A stretch of DNA of 63,273 bases, filler included, from Octopus bimaculoides (lineage: Eukaryota): NCBI RefSeq assembly GCF_001194135.2. It is 5 parts of 5 records of this genome, joined end to end, with 100 filler letters (N's around TTAATTAATTAA, not from the genome) between each part and the next. Parts side by side here need not be neighbours in the genome. Positions count along the whole stretch, not along the records: positions 1 to 29,706 come from NC_068993.1; 4 more parts are not named here. The stretch is one strand, 5' to 3'. The notes under the pieces are model-generated. The model was not told where the DNA came from and did not search any database. It saw only the letters and a list, made by a program, of their open reading frames with translations. Shown piece by piece: positions 1 to 13,230 of the stretch; within the stretch, counting starts at the first letter, position 1, and each line of letters begins with the position of its first letter. A program made the position numbers and the translations under genes.

Positions 1-770
1 ACCTATTCGAGATAAACTCTACCGGCACGGAAGTGCCGTCAACCGGGCCTGCCCGAGGTGCGCTCAGGACGACGAAACCGTTCTGCACGCACTCGTCCAG
101 TGCCCGAGTATTGCTGACCTGTGGGTTTATATCGAACAGCTACTGTCACGTGTAGGACGGATCCGGCTATCAGCTGAATCCATCGTGAGGATTGACCCGC
201 CGACCTCCTTTAACCGGGAGGGCAAGGCAATTTTCCTATGCCTAGTGGCTGTAGCGAAAGAGGTGATATGGTGTACCCGTTTGAAAGGGCTAAAGACAGA
301 CACTTTCCTTTTTGGTCAAGGCCTCATCAACTTTTTCAAGATCCACTTGAAAAGGAAGATGAGAGTAGAGAGGGAAGTGCTGTCTCATAGAAAATTCGTT
401 GAAAGATGGGTGACTGTTGGAAGAATGGCCAGTATAAACGGACCAATTCTGAGAATACATATGTAGAAAAAAAAAAAGGTAATGTAAAAGGAGAAAGGGC
501 TCTATACCCCTTTCTTATTTGTTCTGACCAGGCTCCCGTGGTTTTATGGGTTTTCCACGTGTAACCTTTCTTTTTTCGAAGCGCCTCCCCGTTTGGGAGT
601 TCTATTTATTTATTTATTTATCTATTTATTTGTTATGTCTTTCTCCGTTTTCTTCCTCTGTTTAGACGAACTTTCCTACCTTTTCGGACAAAACCTTTTG
701 TAACCTTCGTCCTGTCTTTGTCCTTACATGTTTTTAATTGATATTAGCCTTTGTGGCCAATAAAACGAAT
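1..770 (+). mobile_element. 3' end of an L1/Tx1-clade LINE (ORF2 C-terminus, 3' UTR, tail)
   Basis: Frame from nt 2 is open to the stop at 466 and reads PIRDKLYRHG..CPRCAQDDETVLHALVQC..LW, the CCHC zinc knuckle typical of L1/Tx1 ORF2 C-termini. AATAAA at 759-764 is followed by an (ATT)n tail. Confidence 0.8.
2..466 (+). CDS. LINE ORF2 C-terminal fragment (5'-partial, CCHC zinc knuckle)
   Basis: Uninterrupted frame that extends the track ORF 185..466 back to the window edge; CxxC..H..C motif. Confidence 0.75.
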   Translation, partial: PIRDKLYRHGSAVNRACPRCAQDDETVLHALVQCPSIADLWVYIEQLLSRVGRIRLSAESIVRIDPPTSFNREGKAIFLCLVAVAKEVIWCTRLKGLKTDTFLFGQGLINFFKIHLKRKMRVEREVLSHRKFVERWVTVGRMASINGPILRIHM

Positions 771-812
771 TAATTATTATTATTATTATTATTATTATTA
801 TTGTTGCTGTTG

Positions 813-844
<32 letters not shown>

Positions 845-890
845 GGTGGCGGTGGTGGTAGTAGTGTTGGTGTTGGTGTTGGTGTTATTC
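771..890. repeat. Compound trinucleotide microsatellite (ATT)n-(GTT)n-(GGT)n
   Basis: Directly visible. Confidence 0.95.
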
Positions 891-896
891 TGGAAA

Positions 897-1960
897 TATA
901 TGAACTTGTTCGTTGGCTACGTTGAGGCCCAAATATTCTCACGGTTCACTGCTCTCACTCCCGAACTATACGGTCGTTATATCAATGACTGTATTGGTGT
1001 GACCTCACTCTCCCGCGAACAACTAGACTCCTTCCTCTCTTTTGTCCAATCCTTCCATCCTGCCCTTAAATTCTCCTGTACTATTTCTAGATCTTCCGTC
1101 GAATTCCTCGACATTTTTGTCAGTATACACCACTCCGCTCTCACCACCTTCATTCACTACAAACACACCGACTCACACTTCTACCTTAACTTCTCCTCTC
1201 TCACCCTGCCGACACCAATTTCTCCATCCCCAACTCCCAATTCCACCTTCTGAGCAGGCTCTTCATTGATGACCATGACATTAAGACTCAGTTCCAACTC
1301 ATATCTCGCCACTTCATCCTTCATCGATATGTCTTCACCACTACCCACACTGCTCTTGACAGGGCACGTTCCGTGAGCCATACCTCTGCTCTTTCTCCCC
1401 ACGCCCACCCCGCCGTTTCCCGTCTCCTGCTTCCCCTTACCTACTATTCCTCCACCCTGTCCCTCCAACACACCATTCTTCGGGCATTCCGGCGACTCCA
1501 GTCCGACTCCTTCACCTCACACATCTTCCCCAACCTACCCCTTCCCTTCTTCAAACGAGTCCATAACCTGCGTGACCTCCTTAACCCACATCTCAGCCTG
1601 GCTCGTTCCCCTGCCCCTACCTCTCCAACACCACCATCTTCACAGGCACCCATCATTGTGTCTATCACATCATCGACTTCTTTACCTGTACTACTCGTAA
1701 GATCATTTACTGCATCTCCTGCTCTTTCTACCCTTCTCTGTACCACTTGGTTGACCGGTTCGCGGAGTACCTCCGAGACATTAGACTCGGCAATGACACT
1801 CCGGTCTCGCTCCATTTCCGCTCTACCAGTCATTCACTACAACATCTGTCTCTCTTCGGACTGTCTTTGCACAGGGGCCATCCGAACTCCCACCTTTGCT
1901 ATGAACAGAAATTAATCTTCTCTCTTCGCCCCTTTCCCCACATAGGCTCAACTCCCCTCT
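897..1960 (+). mobile_element. Degenerate Penelope-like element (RT C-terminal half and GIY-YIG endonuclease)
   Basis: NLFVGYVE..GRYINDCIG..FVQSFHPALKFS..VEFLDI..YKHTDSHFYL are PLE RT motifs. Downstream FTCTTRKIIYCISC and DRFAEYLRDIR..PVSLHF..EQKLIFSL match the GIY-YIG/Uri domain. Frameshifts and deletions are present. Confidence 0.85.
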
Positions 1961-2019
1961 TCTCTCCATCTGACACCTACTTCCTCTCTTCCCTCCTACC
2001 TATCTCCTCTCTTCATTGA

Positions 2020-2382
2020 TACCACACCACCTACCCCATATACCCTACACCAGCACACCACAACACCACACAAGCACTGACCACTTCCCAGCACCCACAC
2101 CACTCATCTTCATCCACACACCCACACACCATTTTCCAAACACCAACACACGATCTTCAGTAGCGACACCACACATACCACTATATGAGCAGCCACACAT
2201 ACTGTGTAACTCAGTGCACATACCACACACTATCACGCACACTCCCACACTCACACAAGCACATAATACCTGAACATAGGCTATATATACATCCACATGC
2301 AACACGCATTAACATACGCTACATACATAGACAAAATTAACTTACGCCCACATATATACATCATACACATGCACATAATTTA

Positions 2383-2413
<31 letters not shown>

Positions 2414-2521
2414 CACGTGATAAAGCACACCTCAACTGCTACNNNNNNNNNNNNNNNNNNNNNNNNNNNNNNNNNNNNNNNNNNNNNNNNNNNNNNNNNN
2501 CATACACATGCACATAATTTA

Positions 2522-2552
<31 letters not shown>

Positions 2553-3020
2553 CACGTGATAAAGCACACCTCAACTGCTACACACAACACACACATACGT
2601 TACGGACGCACACACGCACACACGCATACACTCATACACGTCAGAGTTACTAGCCCCTATTCACACACATAAACACACTTACACATTCACTCACACCATT
2701 CTCACATACACACCTACGCACGCGCACCTTCATTTGGGATCACCTGCACTTTATTATCTCCCTTTCTTTCAATCTCTTCTTTCAAACTTTTTTTCTAATC
2801 ATTCGCCATGCTTGACCGCTAAATTTGCAAGTTTTTTTTTCATTTTCCCGAGCGTCAAAGTAATACACTTGCTTGTTGTGCTTACACTTGTCTTCGTCTT
2901 TTGTTTTTCTATAAATTTCAACTGTATATATACACACACACACACACGCACACGCACGCACACACACACAAACACCNNNNNNNNNNNNNNNNNNNNNNNN
3001 NNNNNNNNACATATATACAC
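2020..3020. repeat. CA-rich low-complexity / (CA)n microsatellite region with two N gaps
   Basis: Directly visible; the ORFs here are poly-HT/CV artefacts. Confidence 0.9.
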
Positions 3021-3183
3021 AGACATACTTATTCATCTACATATTGAGGTTGCTATGTATTGGAGAGTGCCTCTTTTAATCGACAAAACTATGCCATAGA
3101 CTTCATACACTAAAGTAGCATTTTTATAAGAAATCGGAAATCGCGGATTCTTCATACTCAATAATTAATATTTATAGTTTTGA

Positions 3184-3385
3184 GAGTGGCGAGCAGGCGG
3201 AATCGGTAGCACACCGGATAACTTGCTTAGCGGCATTTCATCCGACTTTACGTTCCGCCGTGGTGAACTTTGACTTTTATCTTTTCGGAAGTCGATAAAA
3301 TAAGTACAAGTTGGGCACTGGGGTCGATGTAATCGATTTAAACCCTATCCTGAAATTGCTAGCCTTGTGCCAAAATTCGAAACTA
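3184..3385 (+). mobile_element. SINE family A copy (tRNA-type head, tail type 2)
   Basis: Homologous to the copies at 8612, 14300, 28192, 33554 and 34907 (ggcgagc.ggc.gaatcg.tagcac / gcttagcggcatttc / gtcgataaaataagtac / ctggggtcgatgtaatcga). Confidence 0.85.
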
Positions 3386-3916
3386 AATTTATAGACTTTG
3401 CCTCTTCGCCGTAGGCAAGTCATTAATCTACATCTTATGGAGTGACTTCAGCTGGGGAGTTCTGGACTTTAAGGATATAAACAATTACTATTTCCTGGTT
3501 CGTGGTGGTCCGGAACGATGGTAACCGCTTTGGATCCCAGTCATGGGTCAAATAGCAGATGTCCTGTGGCTAAGGAAAGTGTTGCACATGCCTAGCTGTG
3601 AGTTAATATGACCTAATACCACGTCACCTAGTTCCTTTGCGTCATGATCAACTGACTCTTTGACACGAGAATGATTTCAAGAGAGTATGAAACTTGAAGT
3701 GCATGCTATAAAAATAGAACTCGTCAACGGAAAACCAATGCTGTATCTTTCCCAAGGAAACTCATAAATCTTCAGATTTTACCATAGAAGTCCATATTCA
3801 TTGATGCTTGTACGCGTGGTGAGATGAAGAAAGATAATCTGGGTAGACACTGCCTGCCTTGCTTTTTCTGTGACAGCAGCATGGTAACTAAAGATTCAAA
3901 TCTACAAATATATTTT

Positions 3917-3918
<2 letters not shown>

Positions 3919-3972
<54 letters not shown>

Positions 3973-4020
3973 ATCTATCCCCTCTCTCTCTTTCACACAC
4001 ACACACACACACACATACAA
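3919..4020. repeat. (CT)n-(CA)n microsatellite
   Basis: Directly visible. Confidence 0.95.
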
Positions 4021-4652
4021 TCACTCACTCTCTTTCTTCCTCTTTCTCTGAATAATATTAAGTAGAGGCAGAAAATAGATCGGATTCGTTTATAATAGCT
4101 AAGCCGAAGGTCAATATCTCTACAGCAATACGCATTTAAAATATCATTTATAATACATAAAAATGACATCGGTTTTTTGCAGTGATCATTGCAGAGATTA
4201 TGGCTTCTAAACCACTAAGAAATAAAAATATAAAAGGCGAGCCATCCCAGAAAGTAAAAATGAAACGGGATTAATTTATTTATATCAAATCTATGGAATG
4301 TGATCAAGAATAATAAACTTCCAATCTATTCTATTTCGTGAAAGAGAATTCTATGAGTAACAAGCCACCTGCATATTTTGAATATTCATGTATTCCATGA
4401 TTAATGCCTCAGAACTCGTAGTAAGCTCATTGTCATCCTGTTTCGATTCTCTGATTGATTAACATTATTCCCTTACACTATAAATACCTCTAGAAAATAT
4501 GTTAATGACACAAATATCACATACACTGCTTCACCTATATCTAGAATCTAATTGCTTATTGAAAATAATCCGATAATCGTGTATTTGTATAGGTGTGTGT
4601 GCGCGCTTGCGTATATACATACACACACCATACATATACATACACGCATGCT

Positions 4653-4690
<38 letters not shown>

Positions 4691-7600
4691 AGCATATATG
4701 TGTGTGTGAGAGAAAGAAAGAGAGAGAGAGCGTGTGTTTGTTTCGCGTGCGTGTATGTATAGTGGTTATCAACTCGATTTCTAATTTCTCATCGCAAATA
4801 TATATTTATACTACATGTCTTACCTCTTCTGCCATATTTATCCAAAAGTCTTTGCCAAGTGGACCATATAGTTTTCGTGCATCCATTGGAAATGGATTTT
4901 GTATTTTCACTCCGCCAGCAGATTAGCGCATTTTGGACATATAAGACAGTAGTATTCTTCAGGAGCTGCTACAGTTGTATGCATATAAATACCTGTTTTG
5001 GTTTCCTACGATATATTTCATGAATGACGATTTTGACATTTTAAAGTGCAATATAACGACAGGTGGTACAAGTGGCATTTGTTGGTCATCCAAAGTTGAA
5101 ATGTTTGACGGGATCGGACTTCAATGTGAATTTTGTAAGTGTATGTAAGTTAGAAAAAAAAGTTATCAGAGAATGGAATTCTGGAGTGCTATAATTCTAA
5201 AAAGGAATGGTTACTGTTGGAAAGCTACTTCTTGTATGACAGATCAAGGGTGGTACACAATTGGAAAGTCCTGAAGCTGGGATGTCGTTACTGTATGAAC
5301 TGAAGATGCATAGCAAAGAAACAACGCGTCTATGAACCACTTGTAGTGTGATCATTTGCTAATCGGGTGTTTGGTCTATATTGAATGTTCTAAAGCAAGT
5401 TTCTGTTTGTAACAATAACATTAAGATTTACAGGCAGTATTTTAATAACACTTGATAGATTGATCGGAATTTAAATGTTTTCTAGAATGAAAGATGAAAT
5501 TTATGCATTTATATTTGGCAGCGGTATATATAAACATGACAGAGCATGAGATTGTGCTGCCTATCATCTGTCACAATATTGAGGATTTTAAATCTGTGGG
5601 CTATTCATGTTCAAGGAAATTGTACTTTCAAAAATGCTTCCTTGATACGTGCAGGGTTTAACGATCCGTGTTGTTTAGAAAAAAGGTGTAGGTCTTCATG
5701 TCGTATTTGAATAGTGTTTTCTATTTAACTATTCACAAAATCTATATAGATCTAGCATTGCATCTCAAGGTTACGTTTGGATGACGTGTGTATACTGAAA
5801 ATTAACGAAAGGTGAAGATTGTTACCCTCTACATAAGAGTGCTTGTAACTAGAGAGTAAAACTACATCTAAGTTAATCACATTCTGTATTTGTATATAGA
5901 GACATATGTGAACCCTCAATTACATCCGAAACTAGTGAAAGGCCCATAGATGCAAGTGGTGATTAAAAGGCCTAATATGATACCAAACAGTATTTTTCGA
6001 GAAGGTCCTTAAATGAAAACCGATTGAAACCATAACTAATATTATGGCCAACAACATTTCTAACTTCATTGTTTTAAGAGGTGACATACGACATGTGTAT
6101 AAGTAAGAGAGAAAGTTCCATTTTTATATGGCTCGGTAGAAACTATGGAAGGGCTAAGAAAAGAAGAGAAGTTTGACAAGTAATCAGGTAAGTGGTTGTT
6201 TAAGGTTACTTCAATCACCAACGAGAAATCAGAAATGGGATATGGTAGATGGTTCATTGTTAAAGCCTTTCCGTCGCATGTACATTATCGTAACAGATAC
6301 AATGTATTCCAACAGTGTATAGAAATGAATAAGATTCAGTGTTAAAATTATTCAACAAACTTTAAGTTAAGTAATTACTTAAACTTTATTATGTTTATTA
6401 AGTAATTAATAATTTTTTTTTAAATTCAATTCCATTTAGAACATAAATCCCGTAGAAATAAAATATTTTCATATTCTTTTGATTTTATAAACTCCAATTA
6501 ATCTTTACAGCAGGTGTTTTTTACAAATATATTCTCTAGCGTTTTAGCTACGTTTATAAAGTAAAAGTTTCGATTTTAATCGGTTAAAACAAAGAGAAAT
6601 CTTACAATTAATTAATTTGTTATTTGTTATACACAGATGTTACAAAATATTTGTGAATACCATAATTCTTTTAATCATTACGTTAGTGTTGAAGTTTTGC
6701 TTACTAAGTAAGCAAAATTTCAATGTAAGTGTATCGTCAAATATATATCCAAAGTATATATTTCAAATGACTCACGTTCAAAACTACAAGTCACTATAAT
6801 GTTGGTATAATGTTATTAACAGAAATAAGGTTCTCACTGCATGGTACTGGTTTTATAGTTAACACTGGGCTTGTGAAAATTACGTGTTGGTAATAAATAC
6901 GGCACCACATCGGTGACTGATATCCCAATATATAATAGACTTGATAAATCCAAATTATCTGCTTGAGTAGTCACAATAAGTCAATGCAAGTATAATAGGT
7001 GTTGTGATACTTCTTTACCACTGTAGGGAAACTTAAACAGAATAACCTCCTCAAGATGTCTACGGATCGTACAAACTTCACTGATAACTAAAATTTGAAG
7101 GGGTTTACTTTGACCTTTTAATAATCCACATGGTTTTCATAAAATATTTTCTTTCGTTATTTCTGGTTTCGTTATTATGACAATAACAAAACAATAATTG
7201 TTTTAACTAATGCTCGATGAAAAATAATTAGAAATAAATCATAAAGTGATACTTTAAAATACTTTTTATTAGCATGAATTAATTTCACTTACGATTGTTG
7301 TAACTGTTTAGTACTGAATGAGTTGGCCTATGATCAACTATGACGCAACGCTTTTGATTACCCTGCCTTGAATATAAAAATTATGCAGTTCATTGTAACA
7401 TTCTTTTTTTAAAGATGAGAGATTGTAATTTGAGTGAGATTTAGTTGTCTTTCCTAAGAGTTGCAGCAATCACATAGAGGATCCTAATTAGCTTGCCTTT
7501 TACGAATGTTTTGGAAATAATTGTGAATAAATTTTATTCTTGTTGCATCATCATTGCCATACCTTGTTATTTGTAATAATTAATTAAGAGTATGAAATTA

Positions 7601-8611
7601 AACAATATATGTGTTTGACTATTGGATAGTTTAACTGGGATCATGGAAATAATTAATTTCTCGTCTCAAATATATATTTGGCTAGTTACATGTCTTAGAA
7701 TTCTTTATATTTCTACTTAAATATCAATTTATTATTCATCAATTTCTTCAGTATTTATATTAGTTGGTTATACATAGTCTGTAATTTGACCGAAATAGAG
7801 CGTAGGATAAACTGCCTTGCAGTATTTGTTTTGGTATACATTTCTACTTAAATATTAGTATATAACTCACTTATGTCTTTCATATTTTATTGGCTGGTTA
7901 TATATATTGTCAGTAAATAGACAGAATCGCCAGAGCATAGGACATAATGTCTTACGGTATTTGAGAAAGTTGATAAAATAAAGAACCAGTTCAGTACTGT
8001 TGATTGGCAAGATGTCTGATGATATTTGTTCCAAGTCTTTGCATCCTGAGTGACTGACTCAGTTTGCCACTCGGTTCAACACCATTATATAGTTTTTGGG
8101 CACTTTTAGCAGATTCACTTTTTGGAAGCATTGAAGCCAGGTTTCCAGCTTAAAGATAACTTCCACTTTTCTACCACCAATCTGGAAGGCCCTGATTTGT
8201 TTTTCTTTTTCATTTTAAAAAGGAGTCATGATGCCATTTTTTCTCCTTCCGGATTAAACAGTAAATTGTCATCTAAAGAACGATTTACAAGGGAACTTTT
8301 GTAAGAACTATTAGAATCACCGTTATAAGATTACGATTATAGAATTACTATTCATCTTCTTAAGGATTTAGAAATTTATTTCAAAATATAAAAACGAAAC
8401 TAATAATTAAACTAATGAGAAAATGATTTTTTGTCATTTAGTATTGTTCCTAACTGACTATCCACATTAATCAATATTTTATAACTTTAGAAATCCTAAC
8501 CTCTACGACTAAATCGATGACTTTCCTATCAAATTCAGTTCATCTCTCTTCCTCGCTGAACAACTCTGTAGCTAACCTACACAATTCCTTCTTAATATTT
8601 TTTTGGTAAAT

Positions 8612-8815
8612 ATGGCGGCTAGCAAGTAGACTTTTTAGCACGCCGGGCAAAATGCTTAGCAGTATTTCACCCGTCTTTACTTACTGAGCTCAAATTCCGC
8701 CGAGGTCGACGTTGCTTTTCGTCCTTTTGGGATCGATATAATAAGTACCAGTTAAGCATTGGTAACCTACCCACTCACCTGAAATTGCTGCACTTGTACT
8801 AAAATTTGAAACCAA
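8612..8815 (+). mobile_element. SINE family A copy (tail type 2)
   Basis: ttagcacgccgggcaaaatgcttagc..caaattccgccgaggtcgac..aagtaccagt..gaaattgctgcacttgtactaaaatttgaaacc. Confidence 0.85.
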
Positions 8816-9099
8816 TATTTCTTTTAATATATAAACCGCAAAAGAACTACTCTCTTAACCTGTTTTTCTTCAATAGCAGTTTCATCAGTTAACATCTATT
8901 TGTGTTACTTAGGAAATGTTGTCGAGTATACGATAACTGTATCTTTTTACGACAAAATCTCGTTTCTTTTCTCAATCATACAAACTAGGATTAATGCTTA
9001 GAGTAGGAAAGTTTAATTTTATTAGTTACACTCAGTGGCAGTAAGGTACATTTTGCACAATAAATATTTTCTTTTTTTTATGGTGAAATAATCCACAAA

Positions 9100-10830
9100 G
9101 AAACACAGACAGCATAGAACACATGAGATCAGAAGAAGATGCAACAGATCATCCAACCATCTCAAGCAAATGACAAAAAAGGCAGTACTTGAGTTTGAAC
9201 GACGTATTGCGACTATTCCTGACAGCAAAGTGATCTGGAAATACGTGCTTTCGAAACAGACCTTACTCCCCAGTTGGCCCTCTTCACAATCCCTACACAG
9301 GTCGGATCACTGATGACCCCTAGAAATGTGCTGAGTTTATTGCTGAATACTATGCTGGAATTTTTACTGTTGAAAATCCCAATGTACCTTCTTCACCAAC
9401 TCTGACATCAAATTCCGTAATATCTGTGAAATTCACACCCGCAATGCTGCGACACCACCTCAAGAATAAGCGCAACTATGCCTCTCCTGGTCTTGATGAT
9501 GTTACTTATTTGCTACTCAAACGTGGTGGGTTCTTTCTATTGCATCAGCTTTCTTCCTTTTTTCAATTCTACCTTAACAACTGTGTCACTCCAGGACACT
9601 AGAAAATTGACAATGTCGTTCCTCTGTTCAATAAAGGTAATCGCACATCAACTGTCAACTACCGTCCAGTCAATCTTACTAGCTGCATTGCCAAACTGAT
9701 GGAGTTCTGTATCAGAGAAACACTCTGGAACTTTTGGACATCTCACAGCCTTATTCGACCCTCACAATTTAGTTTAATCCCTAACTCCAGCTGCTGTAGT
9801 CAACTCATCAAGTTTCTTGAGCACATCACCCACGTTACTGATGGCGGCTCATTGGTGGATGCTGTATACCTTGATTTTGTTAAAGCCTTCAATTCTGTGC
9901 CACTCAAACGACTCATGGTAAGACTGACTCTCTGCAATGGTTGTGAAGGATAATTTCTATAACTGGCTAAAGTCTTTCATTCTCGGTCGGAAAGAGGTAG
10001 TTACGGTTCTAGGACATCATTCTTCACCCTACAAGATAACTTCTGGTGTACCACATTGATCCGTTCTTGAACCAACCCCTACTGTATTAATGATATAGAT
10101 GCCAACTTGAGGAATGTTACAGTGCTGAAATATGCATATAACATCAAGCTGTACCTCGAAAAAAAAAAGAACAGATCCTGTGTGCTATAGATCTTTCATG
10201 CAATCAGACCTGATTACAATGCAGCAATGGATCTCTGACTGGCAACTCAAGCTAGCTGTGGACAAGCGCGTCACCATGCATTTTGGGAGGAAAAACTCCA
10301 GCCTTTACATATTCCTCAGCAACAACAATTTCAGGAAATCTTCTAGCGGACGTGGTCTGGGCATTATTGTAAACAGCGATCTGCGTTGGATAAACCACAT
10401 CTCTTAAGATTGTCAAGAATGCTGAGCATCATTCAGTAAGAGCTTTGTTAGCTGCTCTCCAGCTATCTATTTAAAACTGTATATGACAATGGTACGTCCA
10501 CACTTGGAATTTGCATCACCAGTCTAGAACCCCTATCTTTCTCAGCATATAAATCTCCTGGAAACTGTTCAGAAACGTGCAACCAAACGAATACCCTCTG
10601 TCAGACAGCTACCATACTCTGAACGTCTTGCTTCCCTGGCATGGATACATTGAAGCTCAGACGTCTGGCAACTAACTTGGTAGACCACAAGATTATCCAC
10701 CATCTTTCCAACAACCTGGGCACCTTTTTGAATTCTATATGACGAACACTCGCGGAGATGTTTATAAAATTAACAAACAACACAGCAGCCATGACTTTCG
10801 GAAACTTTTTCACGCTCAGCTGTTAGCTGA
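9100..10830 (+). mobile_element. Degenerate CR1-clade LINE (ORF2 RT region)
   Basis: Frameshifted motifs IWKYV, SPGLDDV, VVPLFNKGNR..NYRPVNLTSCIAKLME, VDAVYLDFVKAFNSVP and RPHLEFASPV*NPY..LETVQKRATKRIP. Confidence 0.9.
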
Positions 10831-12042
10831 CGAGACACTACATTCTGATGGCCTTTTTTAAAATTTTGTTGCAGTGCACCTGAGCACTGCATACAACACT
10901 TTCCTTCATTATATATATATATATATATATAACTGGCTTTAGTTTAAATTTAAGACTCTAGAAATTTATAGCATATCTAAGTGAGATACAAATTGAAATT
11001 TGACAATTAGCAAATTATTTTAGAAAATCTTCGACTAATTTAGAAATGGTTGCATTGTATCGGAAGGCTGATATATGATAATGAACATTTTGGAGATATG
11101 TGAAAAGAATTGCTTAACAAGAATATACTGTTCTAAATCACATGGATGTAACTAAAATTGGATGGATTTTAAAATTTTAGTGTTCTAAACTATATTCATT
11201 GTGTATTATTAGAATCATAATCGACAAATTTACACACGGTAAAAGAATAGAAACAACAACAGCAGTAGCAGCAACAGCAACAACAAGAACAATAACAAAG
11301 ATGAAGAATTCTGAGTATTTGCTTTACTTGCTAGAAATAGTATCGAAATCTCCCTCAGTATCACACCCTATTGTCTCAAAAAGAAAGGGGCAACATTGGA
11401 TTGCATCGATTCTAGTTCTAGACGTGTTATTTCATTATTTCATTTCTTTAAAGTGTCACGAAGCTTCAAATTCGGTGGTTGGTAATATATTGAAGAATAC
11501 TGAAATCGACCCCAGCTGGTTTTGAACGCAGAACAAAAGAGAAAACTGAATACTACTCTGTGTGTGTGTNNNNNNNNNNNNGGGGGGGGGGGGGGTTACA
11601 CCATAAATACGTCATAAACTACAATAGCAACAAAAAGGGATATGATCATCAGCAACAATGACAACAATGCGAACCATTACGGGTGCTAATAAGCGGTTGT
11701 CAAACATATTCCAATAGTGATTAAATCATTCTTATATTAAATTGAATAATGTAGTCTAAAAGAATAAGACAGTCGTAAGTGGGACCCTTTAGGTAGATGA
11801 CTACGGAATCAGAGATGAGATGGGGCTAACCAAAATATCAACAAAATCTCTCATAAGTCAAGAAGAGAGGATAAATGAGGAACCTCTACTTTAGATCTGA
11901 CAGCTAAATAACCCTAAAATCTAGCTACTACTGTCTTAAAAACAGAAAAATATTTTGACCTATGAGGTATAGATGAGAAATTAACTGTAACAATTGTAGC
12001 ATATTTGAATTAAGTGCTTCCTAATATTATCACTATCGAAGC

Positions 12043-12115
12043 TGCTGAGCTGGCGAAATCGTTAGCACCCTGGGTAAAATGCTAGCGGCATTTCGTCGTC
12101 CTGAGTTCAAATATT
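12043..12115 (+). mobile_element. SINE family A, 5' fragment
   Basis: gctgagctggcgaaatcgttagcac..aaaatgctagcggcatttcgtc..ctgagttcaaat. Confidence 0.7.
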
Positions 12116-12599
12116 TTTACTATCAAGTATTTTTCTCTATGGCATCTATAAGCTGAACGATGTATATATGCGAACGATTATATATAACTGAGTAATTATG
12201 CATTTTACTCTAAAGATTTTAAAATCTATACACAGTTCACAAACACCTGGCACTATAGTTGAGGGCCTTTGGAGTCCACAGGCCCAAGGCGAAACTGCTG
12301 GACTAGGAAGTCTTCCAAATAGAATACGAAATGTTAACGGCCGAAACGCGGTTGGTCATAGGCCTTCCGATCCGGTCAGATTTCGATGTGAAACAACTTT
12401 ACTAACAAGCATAAAAGCGACAGCAATTAAAGGCACAGTCAGCAGAAGCGATAGTAAAAGCTACCAAAGAACCGATAGCATAAAAGAAAAACAATACTGA
12501 CGTTAACAACTATCTTATCTACTGTAACATCAAATAATTACTCGTTAACAACAGCATGAATCAAATTAAGAACTATATGCTTAAAATCTTGTTAGCATT

Positions 12600-13047
12600 A
12601 CCATTATCATCGTCGTCGTCGTCATCGCCGATGTCGCCACCGTCATCGCTGTCTTCGTCGGTATTCGTCGTCATCCTCACTCTCATCAAACATTGAAAAT
12701 AACTCCAGCAAGTAATATCATCATCATCGTCATCGTCGTCGTCGTCGTCGTCGTTGTCGTCGTCATCATCATCATCATCGCTGTTATCTACTAAACAACA
12801 GCACCATCAAAAGTAGCAACAGCAAGCATCATCATCATCAACAACAACAACAGCAATTAAAAATCATCTTTCATCGTCAAATTGATTGCAAGTACAAAAA
12901 TAATTAAAATGACACCATAATCAAGATAAGACGACCAATATAAAGACACGAGCAGCTAAAACATCCCTACCATCATCATCATCATCATCATCAACACCAT
13001 CATCATCAACACCATCATCATCAACACCATCAACACCTTCATCATCG

Positions 13048-13080
<33 letters not shown>

Positions 13081-13100
13081 ACACCATCAACACCTTCATT

Positions 13101-13176
<76 letters not shown>

Positions 13177-13230
13177 ACAACATCATCATCATCATTACCA
13201 TCACCATCATTGTCATTATAAGTATCAAAA
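12600..13230. repeat. (CAT)n/(CGT)n trinucleotide region with interspersed CAACAC variants
   Basis: Directly visible; source of the poly-Asp and poly-Met ORFs. Confidence 0.9.

Noticed and set aside
2355-2581. About 80-bp direct repeat either side of an N gap
   Set aside because: Identical sequence flanking a gap is the usual sign of unmerged contig overlap.
5020-6260. Single-exon membrane-protein pseudogene
   Set aside because: Short hydrophobic stretches occur in different frames with many stops, and no family could be assigned.
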